This document shows, one piece after another, positions 1 through 11,830 of a stretch of DNA of 50,037 bases. The notes under the pieces were generated by a model. It was not told the DNA's origin, searched no databases, and saw only the letters and a list, made by a program, of their open reading frames with translations. How positions within the stretch are numbered: position 1 is the first letter of the stretch; every line of letters starts with the position of its first letter. This DNA comes from Nemertoderma westbladi (taxonomy: Eukaryota; Animalia; Xenacoelomorpha), in assembly GCA_032718475.1 (NCBI GenBank), contig JAUCBJ010000218.1:1-50037 (forward strand), given 5' to 3'. The position numbers and the translations under genes are program-made.

Positions 1-679
1 GGAATGTCCGGAAATCGAAGCCTTTTTCTATCTGCCAACATCGAACATCATGGGCTTTACTTACACTCAGCCTCTATTCTCTGGCTGTGATTGACAACCC
101 AACTTGCTTCAGAAGTTCCTTTCATGAATGCCGCAATTTATATTTGGCCATTTTGGTCATTTTGGCCGCCAAAATGACCAAGTTAATGTTTATTGGGATT
201 GGGACTGTATATGATTAAAATCAGTGACTATCGGCAATTCAGTGTGCAGCGGTGTCCGGTGTGCAATAGTCTGTATGTGCTTGTCCGTGTAACAAAGCAT
301 CTCCTAAAGAATGCGCCTTATGTGTAACTTATAATCCATTCCGTTGTGTTTAGTGTAAGTCATAGCTCTGTTTATATAGATAGAGCGCCACGTCCTAAAA
401 GAACTGCTAATATTTCCCGAAAGTGAATAATATTTGTCAGAAATTATATATTAACGATCAATCGAATAGTACGGTAGGCCTGCACCGCAATCAAATTAAA
501 GCATCCGAATCCAGTCTCCCGGGTATATCCAGCGGGTGAATGGTCGCGCATAGACTGGCTTCGGCTAATGTTGGATTTATTTGTGTCAAATACTTGTCAT
601 AGGCTAAAGTCAATTTATAACCTAGAAGACATATAGATTTGGCGGGTTAAACTGCCCAAGGTCTTAAAAGCGCGAACAA

Positions 680-2555
680 TAGCCTGGACTAGCTGTGCCA
701 TTTAAATTGTATGTCGCCTGTTTTATGTCAGCCGCAGTGACGTCATCAAATTGCTCTAATTTGTTTGTGTTTACCATCGGTTTGATATAGTCTAGGGGTG
801 ATCCTGTACATGTGGGTATGTTTGCATCAAGATTATGGCCAACTCCGAGAAAATATTCATTAAAGCAGTTAGCTATGTCAACAGGGTCAGTATACAGTAT
901 GTGCGATTATTATTAGTAATTAAGGTCGGGGTAGTAGCTTTGCGTGATTTATGAACCAATAGATTAATAGACTGCCATATTGCTCTGATGTTATTTTTCT
1001 TGGAGTTGAGGACTTTATTGAAGTAAACTTTTTTGGTATTGCGAATGATAGTTTTTAATGCATTGCGGTATTTTTTGAAGATGGCATTTTTTTCTTGTGA
1101 AGGGTGCAGTATGTATTTTTCATATAAACGATCACGCTTTTTAATTGCTCTGAGGATACCTTCAGTGAGCCAAGGATTTAAGGGATTTATTATTTTGATG
1201 CGCACACAGGGGAATGCAGAGTTATAGATGGGTATGTATTGATCTAAAAAAGCGTCGTATGCATCATCTGGATCAGAGCTCGCATACACATTATTCCAAT
1301 CAGCGTTTTTTATTTTTGTGTCAAAATCTTGGCGTTTTTTTATATCATTAGTTTTCCGGCTATATATATATTTATTAGTATCACTTTTGAGCTGACAACT
1401 ATTAATACTTGATGATTCAGATAATGCGAAAATTGGTAGATGATCAGATATAGGAGATATTAATATTCCAGAGGTAATATCTGATGCTGTATTTGTAAAT
1501 ATATTATCAATTAGAGTGGCAGACGTATCCGTTATCCGAGTTGGTTTTGAAATGCAAGGTTGATAGTTGAATGACGTCATAAAATTAAAAAAATCACTTG
1601 TAAGCGAGTGTGATTCAGTTTTTAGAAGATCTATATTGAAATCACCCATTATAAAGCAAGGCTTGTTTTCTGTATTAATTTTGGATAATGTACCATTGAG
1701 ATTGCTTATACTGTCCTGTATACTCGTGTCTGGGGGTCTGTAGACAACGCCGATAATCGTATTTTTAGATTTTGTTTGTGGTATTTCTACAAAAATAGTT
1801 TCGATAGTAGTATTCATACTGAGTTTTGGGGAAGATAGATCCTTTCTATGCTTAGCAGCTAATGAGTTATTTATATAGAGCGCTACACCCCCACCCGTTG
1901 TTTTATCTCTACTGTAGGTGAACAATTTATAGTCAGGATGTTCGAATTCTTTTATACAATGATTATTTTCATCAATCCATGTTTCTGAGATGCCAATGAA
2001 ACTAAATTTGGTTTGCAGCTGATGAAGTAAAGTTGTTATTTTATCAAAGTTAGCATTCAGACTGCGCGCATTGAAGTGAATCATTGATAATTTTGAATCG
2101 AGTTTGGAAAATTTTGCATTGAAATCATCAGTGAGGTGGTAGGTACAGTTCCGGAGGTGTGAGTAGTCAGTATCAATGTGTAGTTCTGGGTTAATGTCTG
2201 AGTCAAAGTCAATATTTGTTGTATCAGGAACTTTATAGGAATCAAAGAACAAGGAGTCAAGATAAGAAATATCTAGACAGCCGGGAATTCTGTAATCGCG
2301 TATAGTTAGTAGGTATTCATTTTCATCTGCTATGTGTAGATATGGTAAAGCTGATGATATACAACTAGTGCAATACCAGGGTATATCAGATTTTTGATAA
2401 TTTTTGTAATCTTTATTGGTGAGTCCGATTGCAATACACTTCAGATGCAGCCAAGAGTCACAAATGTCGCAGCACAGAGCAGATTGGTTCGTCCTAACCT
2501 CTGTGCGGCAATTCTTACATGGGTACTTCATAGTATTGTGTATGATATCAGCCAT
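680..2555 (-). pseudogene. LINE ORF2 N-terminal part: PHD finger + APE endonuclease, frameshifted at ~895
   Basis: PHD (CKNC..CCDICDSWLHLKC..WYCTSC); APE motifs HFNARSL, GISETW, GGGVALY, YRPP, GDFN, TLIDNIF, SDHLPI; PWLT linker. Confidence 0.9.
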
Positions 2556-3108
2556 TTTAAAAAGTTTTAATTATTCATAACAATATAAAGATCTGGAACT
2601 TCATACATTTCCTATTACAGCATGACATTGGATAAGTTCAGTAAAGGTGTGATAATGTAAATGATATTACTTGGTTGTACCAGTATGTAGTATAGTTTAA
2701 GATACTACTAAAACTTAACTGGTGGATACTACTAAAACTTAACTGGTAACGGGCATTGCAGGTTTAAAGATACAAGTATATTTTGCAAAAAATAGAAATT
2801 TATAATACAGGTACTGTATATTAAGCCTTTCTTAACCATGTTATTAACAAGTAAGGATGATGAAATTGCTGTAAAACTGGTCGACTGACACAGCCAGACA
2901 TAATAAAGTCAGAAAGACCGACCGAATCCGTCATGCTGTAAAGGGAACTAGAGTACCAGATCAAAACAGTATTTAATTAAGCCAGATAAAATACCTATTG
3001 CGATTTGGTCTTTGCTGCAGCGATGGGCTGAGTAACCTTGCTCTGAGAGACTCCCTTGAGTTTTCGGGTTTTATCCTTTTTTTTTTTTTTACATTAATAT
3101 TTCTTTAA

Positions 3109-4057
3109 TTACGGGCAAACAGGGCAAAGCCCTATATCCTGCCCTATGCCCTGCCCTGTTTTATCCTTCTTCCCATCAGTGGGGTTGGAACCGGTACATT
3201 GGCCTATCACGGTGACGATGGAGTTGGTGCTGAGATCCTTCTTCTGGATGGTAACTGAAGGGCGAGGATTGGAGGCAGTAGCAGGGTCCCAGGCTTCTAT
3301 ATCCTTGATAGAGAACACTTCTAGGCTCTTCCCGTTGGAAAGAGCAACGCGAATTCTACCATCAAGTGACCACGCCGACCGCATCCCACCTTTTTCCCTG
3401 GCTAAATTCAGCAGTTGGGAACGTCGCTTCGTTAGGCTGTCGAAAACCGAGATTGCGGTTCCCTTGAGTTTCTTTCGGTTTATTAGGCCTATTGTTTTAT
3501 ATTTCGCGCGATAGTTAGAGAATTTTACGATAGATACCGGCATTGTATTCTCGGTAGGTGATTTTGTTGGTAAGTTATGACAGTTATCAATGTCAGCTAG
3601 TGTGAGGTTAGTTCCGAGTTTGGTGTTCAACAGATCGACGACGTACAAAGCGGGTGCGTCAATGTCCTTACCACTGCTCGGCAAACGAACACCACTGAGC
3701 ATGACACAGTTTTTCCGCGAATACTGTTCGAGGTTGTCGACGGCAACATCAGTCTTAGCCAGTCGATCACTGAGCTTTGCTAGGTTGTCCAGTGATTTAC
3801 CTAAAGCAGAGTGGACTTGTTGGATTTCGAGTTCCAACGCTAAATATATGTCTTGCGTTATTTTTTCCTTTGTAGAGAGATCGATTTCAGGGTCAGCCCT
3901 CAGCACTTTGTAGGCGATCGCGGATCTGACTATTTATAGAAGAACCTAGATTTTCCAGGGCATTTAGGATTTTCTCCTTTTCTAATTCCACTTCGCCCCA
4001 AACGGAATCGACTGAGTTACCAAGAACCTTGTAAGTATTGTCGCCAAGAGATGCCAT
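3109..4057 (-). pseudogene. LINE ORF1 (coiled coil + RRM-like), frameshifted near 3895
   Basis: Track ORF 3109-3906 has DNLEQYSRKNCVMLSGV, DIDNCH, IVKF, SLTKRR and AWSLDGRI, typical of CR1 ORF1. An ATG at 4057 opens MASLGDNTYKV...ELEKEKILNALENL in another frame. Confidence 0.75.
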
Positions 4058-4624
4058 AATTCCTGAAGTTTTAGCGGTAAAGTAGGCCTGATTACAACTC
4101 CGTATAAATCGGTAGGCCTACACAACATATAGAGTCTAAGTTTACAGTGTTTACAAAATACTGAATACTGAATAATTTCACAACCAAAACATTTAAGTGT
4201 GAAAATCACGGTTGGTTAGATTTCCAAGTGGCGTCAAGAATAGTTATGGTTAAATCGCTACCGAAGACTCATTCATACCGATTTTCCTTTCCCTCAACAA
4301 AAACCTTAACTCATTAATTATTGTTATGCGAATTTGACCTATAATTACTGTAGAAAGTGCGCTTTAGTTAAATATAACATTATTATTATTATTTAAACTA
4401 AATGAGTTCATTAAACATCCACCATTTTATACATCCATCACAGTGTTGTGGGTAGTTGTAGTTGTTGGTATAAATTATAGAGTAGCTATCAGGCTATTAC
4501 AAGTTAATTAGATGTTGTAGGATTTTCTGACCACACATTGGTAATACTTTAGTTACAGAGTTAGGCATGCAATCGACCCTTGCACACACTATCACTCTAC
4601 GTCAGGCTGTATGGAAATTAAAAC

Positions 4625-5812
4625 CTAGCTGCGTAGGGCTTATATTTCATTCACTTTTCAATTTGCAATTACCGGTATATTAACAGCATGATAGATTACT
4701 GATCATCATGAAGTCATGTGACCCTGAGCCCTGACCAGGCACCAGCTGACAAGACACACACAGACACCTAACTGACCACCACCTTCTCCTACTTAGGACC
4801 CTTCCTGTGGAATAAACTCCCGAACGAAATAAAACAATTAACCACAGTAGAATCCTTTAAACACAAAGTAAAGACCCACTTACTTAGCCTTTTATCCTCC
4901 CGAGAACAATGCATCTATTCTTTTTAACCATCCCTACAAAAACTCTCATTCTTTTTTTTAATCGTATCGTAACCGTGTTCTGTATTTTTTTTTATTTTTT
5001 ATTTTTCATTTTTTTATTAAGTTTCAATAATGATTTTATAGCCAGATCGATTCACTGCATAGCCAGGGGACCCCCATGGAAACGAGACTATGTCTCATGA
5101 GGTTATCCCCGACATCATTATCTTTTGCTCTGTACCGTTAACCGTTATCATTCCGCGCCCGTATGTATGCTCCCTGTGCGCCTCCTTGTGCTTCCTATGC
5201 GCCTGTATGTTCCCCTTTTTTTAATATTTGTAATTATATCCACATCTACATCATCATTAGGATTCTTTTTAGTGTGCACTCCCATAAAAACTTATTTGTT
5301 CAAACCAAACCGTTTCTCTTCTATTGTTTTTAGTATACAATACCATAATTTTAAAGTCCTACAGCTACAGGCTACACCTTACCGTAATCTAATATCTCAA
5401 ACGATAAAACCGAATATTCTACAGTGTAGGCCTACTGTAATTAATTATAAATAATGAATAAATTTGTAAATACTTGTTTCAGTTTCGATTGTACTGTTGT
5501 GTGTAACGTTTAACGTATTGCCTATGTTTTTAATATTTTTACTGTATTTTGATGTCAATAAACAATTCCAATTCCAATTCCACCAGCATCCATACAGTCA
5601 TCTAGCTGCGTAGGGCTTATATTTCATTCACTTTTCAATTTGCAATTACCGGTATATTAACAGCATGATAGATTACTGATCATCATGAAGTCATGTGAGT
5701 CACATGACTTCATGATGATCTCAGGGTCACAGTGACCCTGAGTCCTGACCAGGCACCAGCTGACAAGACACACACAGACACCTAACTGACCACCACCAGC
5801 ATCCATACAGTC
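4625..5812. repeat. Local ~180-bp direct duplication (4625-4783 plus 5581-5601; second copy 5602-5812)
   Basis: ctagctgcgtagggcttatatttc...gacacctaactgaccacc occurs twice. The first copy is split by the LINE tail below. Confidence 0.85.
4784..5580 (+). mobile_element. 5'-truncated L2/CR1-type LINE 3' end
   Basis: Encodes FSYLGPFLWNKLPNEIKQLTTVESFKHKVKTHLL (LINE ORF2 C-terminus). Ends in aataaa plus an (aattcc)3 tail. Short ccacc duplication at the junctions. Confidence 0.7.
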
Positions 5813-5844
5813 ATAGGCCTATTTACTGTATGTAATAAATAATA

Positions 5845-6080
5845 GTATTTTGCGGTCTTTTGGTGTATTTTGCGGTCTTTTGGTGTCTTTTGCGGTCTTT
5901 TGGTATCTTTTGCGGTCTTTTGCGGTAATTCGTCTTGCCGTATATTCATGCCTTCTCTTTCTTATTTTGGTCATTTGCGGTCTTTTGTGTTCTTTTGCGG
6001 TCTTTTCTGGTGTTTTGCTGTATTTTGTGGTCTTTTGCGGTATTTTGTGCTATTTTGCGGTCTTTTGCGGTAATTCGTAG
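5845..6080. repeat. Degenerate ~10-bp tandem repeat (ttttgcggtc)n
   Basis: Directly visible; explains the overlapping spurious ORFs. Confidence 0.9.
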
Positions 6081-6114
6081 GACCGTGGCTGGCCACCTAT
6101 TAAGATGGGTGACA

Positions 6115-6698
6115 GACCGAACGTAATCAGGATCGAATGTAACATAGTTTTTACGAATCGAACGTAACCTCAATTATGTTACATTGGATCCTATAACTAT
6201 GTTACATTCGATCTACAAATTACTAAGCTCGAATGTAACATACATTTATTTCAGTTGTGATTTGATTTCAGGAGTTCCGACAGACCGATGAAATTCTTCG
6301 TTTATTTACAGGAAGAAACAGTTTGGTGTTGGTGAGTACGAAACAAAGACCCAAGACCCAATTAAGTAACCTGCATAATCTTGTAACATGTGTTAACTTT
6401 CGTTTATTGTTTTGGTTCCCCTAACATGTCTCTGTAACCTGCTCCTTTCAGCCTTTAAATAAAAGTAACCTGCATAATCTTGTAACATGTGTTTACTTTC
6501 GTTCATTGTTTTGGTTCCCCCTACACGCCTCTGTAACCTGCTCCTTTAAATCTGTAAATGCTGAAATGGCAATGGTACATTCGAGCTTAGTAATTTGTAG
6601 ATCGAATGTAACATAGTTATAGGATCCAATGTAACATAATTGCGGTTACGTTCGATACGTAATAACTATGTTACATTCGATCCTGATTACGTTCGGTC
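6115..6698. mobile_element. MITE-like element with ~120-bp terminal inverted repeats
   Basis: gaccgaacgtaatcaggatcgaatgtaacatagtt...ctcgaatgta (6115-6237) is the near-perfect reverse complement of 6577-6698. Internal ~95-bp direct repeat at 6365/6462. Confidence 0.8.
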
Positions 6699-7108
6699 AT
6701 GCTGTCATGTATCCTACCCATACAGCCATAGGCCTGTAGGCTGATAGGCCTAAACAGTTTTAGGTAGCCTACTTATGGTAACTTCCTCTAGTATTTCCTG
6801 TATTTGTAAATTGTTTACTGTATATCAAAGTTTTTAGTTAAATTGTTAATTTACTTGTACAATGCTGCAATGTACAGGTACAACAACAAGCATTAGCTTT
6901 CTACTGTTCTATAGGCCTACCTGACTGGCTGAGTTGACTCTGCGATTGAGTTCAGAATTTTATTGTCAAAATATTTCCAAGTCGCCCGCGTTCTTGGTTA
7001 GGTTCCTTGTTTTATTTGTGCGATGTTGTAAAATATTATTTGCTACTTTTTTTTGTATATTTATTATAATATGAAGTGATTAGCTGTGATTAGTACTTCC
7101 GAAAGGCG

Positions 7109-9454
7109 ATGGCCAATACTGACAAGTCGATGGAACGAAGACAGGGTAATTACTCTCTGCAGGACGACGCATTGAAGTTGAGGGGCGAACTGCGTACTAT
7201 AAACTTTGCAGTTCAACAATACCAGAGCAATGTGGCCTCTCTGCGGAACCAATTCAGGGATGTATCCCGGCCTCACAGCATTCTAAGAGAGGAGTTCAGT
7301 GAACTTGTTGATAAACTTGATTTCTATACCGGAGAACAAAAGAAGTTGCGGCAACAACTACAAATTCCATCAGATAGTGGATCCCTCAATCAAAACCCCC
7401 CAGCATCAGACAACAATGGCGGTAGTCAGACACCCAGCAGCCCTACCACCGCCAACCACCAGATAAAGGCCTTCCTACCCAACAGCCAACATACCACATT
7501 TCAGGTTCGACCGGGGATATCCTTACGGGAGGGCCTCGCCAAGGGGATGAAGATTCGCGGATTCACCATGGACGTGTGCTACGCGTATTACCCAGGGGAA
7601 GAGGAGTCCGTTATAGACTGGGATATCCTATTGGAAGACATACGCATCCCTCACATAATGATAGCCATACGAGACGCTTATAAGGGCGTCTACACCGGTA
7701 TCAGCCACAACTTCGTGAGAAAAACTTTTATTGGAAAGTTGCAATATTGCGACAGTTGTCAGAAGTTTCTCATCCATGGGTTTCGATGCCAGACTTGCAA
7801 CTACAAATTCCACAGCGGCTGCTCTACATTCGTACCAACGCTTTGTCAAAACCTATCAGGCCGACACCTCACCCAGAACATGTTGGCCCACCTAACGCCC
7901 AGTATGCCGACGACCGTCGCTAGTAGCCACCATACGACGCTGCCTCCCGTATCCCGCGCCGCTAAGCCGGCGCACCTCGAGGTCGCGGCCACCACACTGC
8001 GTCAACGACGGCGCCCCGACGCCTGGGGCCACACCATGAAGGAATCAATCTCCGCCCCCAACATCTCGATAAACACGGTGAACCCGAGCGGCGGTGTGGC
8101 GTTGTCGCGAGATGAGTCGTCGTGGTACTCGCCGTCCCGTAAGGGCTCGTTTGTGAGCGACCCGCGACGAACGCGCACTAGCAGCTCGCGGAACCGACGC
8201 GAGTCGCACTCCCAGAGCGCGTCCACCACGCCGGTATTAAGTCGGGAGGCCGCGGTCTTCGACTACACGCCGGAGTCGGTGCGCCGGGGCTCGGTGGGGG
8301 GCCCCGTCGGCTCGGGGGGCACCTCCTCGGGGTACAGCACCGACTCGACGCTGCCCTCCCCCACCAAGACGATCCCCCCGTCCCCCATGGGGACCCCACG
8401 CACCAAACACCGCTCGCGATCCACCGGAGACGAGAAGAAAATCCGCGCGCGACGGGATTCCAACGACGACTGGGAGATCCCCGGGGAGGAGATCATCCTG
8501 GGTCAGCCGATAGGGTCCGGCAGCTTCGGGACCGTCTACAAGGGGAACTGGCACGGGCCTGTCGCCGTCAAGAAACTGAACGTCTCCTCGCCGAGCCCCG
8601 CCCAGCTGCAAGCCTTTAGAAACGAAGTCGCAGTGTTGCGGAAAACGCGACACATTAACATTCTACTGTTTATGGGCTGCACCTCAAAGCCGTACCTCGC
8701 GATTATAACACAGTGGTGCGAAGGTTCCAGTCTCTATAAACACATTCACGTGTTGGAGGCCAAGTGGGATGTTTACCAGATTCTGGATATATCGAGGCAG
8801 GTGGCCCAAGGGATGGATTACCTCCACGCTAAGCAAATTATACATCGCGATCTCAAGAGCAACAATATATTCCTACACGAAGACATGTCGGTGAAGGTTG
8901 GCGACTTCGGTTTGGCCACCGTGAAGACGCGATGGTCCGGGTCGCAGCAGGAGCAGCAGCCGTCCGGCTCGATCCTCTGGATGGCCCCGGAAGTAATCCG
9001 GATGCAGCGCTGCGTCCGGAACGACGGCTCCACCTTCGGGCCCTACTCGCCCGAGTCGGACGTGTACAGCTACGGGGTCGTGTTGTACGAGTTGCTCGCC
9101 CAACAGCTGCCCTACTCTCATGTACACAGTCGCGATCAGATCATCTTTATGGTCGGGAGGGGTTACCTCGTACCCGATCTGGGACGCCTCCGGTCGGACA
9201 CCCCTAAAGCCTTCCGACGTCAGGTCGCCGAGTGCCTTAAGAAGGAGTACAACGAGAGACCGTTGTTTCCCAACATATTGTCTTCCTTGGACTCGCTAGC
9301 CAATCTACTTCCAAAGATCCAACGAAGTCTCTCAGAACCGACAATCAACCGCGCCCAACTTATGTCCGACGATTTGTATTCCACCTCCCCTAAAACTCCC
9401 TTAAACAATCATTTTGACTTCTCCTTATTGCATTCCGGGGGTGGGGTTGTTTGA
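7109..9454 (+). CDS. raf: Raf family Ser/Thr kinase (B-Raf-like), single exon, 781 aa
   Basis: RBD ([11 protein letters not shown]...KIRG); C1 domain ([25 protein letters not shown]); SAPN CR2-like site; [11 protein letters not shown]-region; [41 protein letters not shown]; C-terminal RSLSEP. Confidence 0.97.
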   Translation: MANTDKSMERRQGNYSLQDDALKLRGELRTINFAVQQYQSNVASLRNQFRDVSRPHSILREEFSELVDKLDFYTGEQKKLRQQLQIPSDSGSLNQNPPASDNNGGSQTPSSPTTANHQIKAFLPNSQHTTFQVRPGISLREGLAKGMKIRGFTMDVCYAYYPGEEESVIDWDILLEDIRIPHIMIAIRDAYKGVYTGISHNFVRKTFIGKLQYCDSCQKFLIHGFRCQTCNYKFHSGCSTFVPTLCQNLSGRHLTQNMLAHLTPSMPTTVASSHHTTLPPVSRAAKPAHLEVAATTLRQRRRPDAWGHTMKESISAPNISINTVNPSGGVALSRDESSWYSPSRKGSFVSDPRRTRTSSSRNRRESHSQSASTTPVLSREAAVFDYTPESVRRGSVGGPVGSGGTSSGYSTDSTLPSPTKTIPPSPMGTPRTKHRSRSTGDEKKIRARRDSNDDWEIPGEEIILGQPIGSGSFGTVYKGNWHGPVAVKKLNVSSPSPAQLQAFRNEVAVLRKTRHINILLFMGCTSKPYLAIITQWCEGSSLYKHIHVLEAKWDVYQILDISRQVAQGMDYLHAKQIIHRDLKSNNIFLHEDMSVKVGDFGLATVKTRWSGSQQEQQPSGSILWMAPEVIRMQRCVRNDGSTFGPYSPESDVYSYGVVLYELLAQQLPYSHVHSRDQIIFMVGRGYLVPDLGRLRSDTPKAFRRQVAECLKKEYNERPLFPNILSSLDSLANLLPKIQRSLSEPTINRAQLMSDDLYSTSPKTPLNNHFDFSLLHSGGGVV

Positions 9455-10334
9455 TGACCCAGTATTGTTATTGTTACACCACTGAGCACTAACTATATAT
9501 ACCGGTACCACACGGTTCTCACTCACACAGACACACCTACATTGTACTTTAATTTAAAATGTTACTTAAAATATTTTAAGACATTAGTTTGGTAGTTTTG
9601 TGCTTTTTTTTATTTTGTATCCAAATTACTTAAGAGTGACAATATTATATAATGATTATCTATCTATGGTTTGACGCATTCTCACAAAGAGTTGGGCAGC
9701 ACTTTTATTTCGTTTTTCCCATTTATTGATAATTTTTAACTATATAATATTTGAAAATTTAATTATATAACTCTATAGATAGAACGTGGTGTGGTGTATG
9801 TATACTGTATGTTATGTATCACTTTATAAGATGGCTTTATGGGACGGGTAAGGTCGCTTTTTGCGACGAGACTGCCAATCATCAAAGCCTATTCTCGATT
9901 ATCATCGCTTCTGTAGATTATATACTGAAAGTGTATTTTATAAACCAGCTGATTGTTTATGGTTTATGTTTATGATAAACTTAACGAATTTTTTCAAATA
10001 AATATAATATTAATTATTATTGATCGTTATAAGTTGCGTGATTTACATTTTGCTTCATAACAGAGTTACTACAATAAACAAATTGTGTACCTATTATAAT
10101 AATCCGTTTTCTGAAAAGTTAAAGCATAATATCACCACAAATAATTGTTCACATTTAAATTTTATAAAGTTAATAATATTTGTTTCTTTACAATTTAAGA
10201 AGAAATATTTTCCATGTGGGTGTGGGGGGGAGCCAGAAAACTACGAGCCATCAGAGGGGGATTAAAGCAAAAAATTTAAAACAACAAATTGTTGTTTGTG
10301 TTTATTCCAAATGTATGTATTTGTCGGAAGCCTA

Positions 10335-11216
10335 TGTGGCGTGACACCTGGAAAAGGGGTTAACTGGTCAAAATCACAATTCGAGAAAATTGCAGTTAAA
10401 GATTTAGAAGTTTAACAGATGCGAAGCTTGATTGTAGGTGCCGAATTTTTTGCCCCTCTTAGGGGGCGTTCATAAACTATGTTACGCAAATTTTCCAGTT
10501 TTTTTACTGTTGTTGACAGTTCTTTGAGAGTGTTGATATTGTTATTAACACTTCCCAATAAAATTCCATCGTGAAATATATAATTTTTATGAAAATTGTT
10601 ATATATTTTATTTGGTCCCCAAAAGGGGACCAAAAGTGCAAGTAACTCGAAATTTTCACATTTTAAAAGTCGATATATTAGCTATATCTTTGATCCTAGT
10701 AAGGTTATCGCATGCGCTGATTCCATTGGTAATATTCATAAATTGGTTAGATTGTCCAAATGGGCGCAAAAATGAAAAGACCCCCTTACTAGCACTTTTC
10801 AAAAATCGTAGGTTCAAAAATGCAATTTTGATTGTTCCAATCAATTTTATCGTGATCAGCACCCCAGAAAACCCCCATTGGACTGAAATTTCAATCGTAT
10901 AAACGATCTGGTAACGTTGTAATTTTTTAGATTACTTGCACTTTTCGTTCCAAAATTTGGCCAAAAAAATAAAAAAATTCGTGATCAGACCAAATTTTTT
11001 AAATTTCCAGTGGAATTGGAACCCCAAAAACCCAACTACACTTCGAATTGACATCAGAAAATAACTTAAACTACTTATTTAATAGAATAATTTGCGTGAT
11101 TTCACTTTCACCTCTGGAAATGGGGTCTCGGTCTCGCAAATTTTCTATTCACTTTTATGAATAACTAAAAATCTTCCAGATGACCAGTTAACCCCTTTTC
11201 TAGGTGTCACGCCACA
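10335..11216. mobile_element. Non-autonomous DNA transposon (MITE), ~36-bp TIRs, superfamily unassigned
   Basis: tgtggcgtgacacctggaaaaggggttaactggtca at 10335 matches tgaccagttaaccccttttctaggtgtcacgccaca at 11181-11216; TA-rich flanks; no coding capacity. Confidence 0.8.
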
Positions 11217-11830
11217 AATATATATAAGCTGCCAACAAAAAAATATCGATAACTGTTCCGAGGAGATGGCTTGCAATTTGTAAACAAACCATCTGTATTA
11301 CTTAACGCTCGTTTATTGACGAACGTACAATAATTCCCCCCCCCCCCCCCCCCCCCCCTCCAAAAAAAAAAGATGTATCCGTTCTAGAGAATAAATGTCC
11401 ATTCCTAGACACGAGTAAACGAGTTATCACTTCTAGTATTGTGTTGGCAAAATTAAACTTGCCTTGGTTCATATTATTTAGTTGCCTTTTCGAATGGAGT
11501 ACGCCCAGCCCATGGAAATGCCAATTCAAGTGTATTATCATATAAATTGAACTGAAATTGTCAAGAATTTCACTCTGTATGCCGCCCCTTTATAATAAAC
11601 CTACATCCTACCTGGGATATTGGGCATTACTATGGTATAAGAAAAAATTGAAAATTTTAATATGACATTTCTGGACTCATCTTTTGTTTTATTTATTGTT
11701 CCAGAACATCTTAGCTATTTATTAAAAAAAAATAATTATTGAAAAAACACATGGAATCGTTCTAAAACGTGTTCAAAATCAGTAAAAAAAAATTTGAAAT
11801 TTTTTTTATTGATTTTAATTTTTGAACACG

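Larger units (their letters stand above)
680..4057 (-). mobile_element. CR1-group LINE, 3'-truncated or interrupted before the RT core
   Basis: Two minus-strand ORFs: ORF1 with LEQYSRKNC motif and ORF2 with PHD + APE endonuclease. ORF2-like reading continues past a frameshift (DIANCFNEYF...SPGY) to ~680, then is lost. The 5' UTR boundary is not defined. Confidence 0.85.

Noticed and set aside
5850-6173. Four short ORFs
   Set aside because: Products of the (ttttgcggtc)n repeat.
7628-9408. Short antisense/overlapping ORFs in raf (likewise in the CRE and CR1 ORFs)
   Set aside because: Shadow frames of GC-richer coding sequence.
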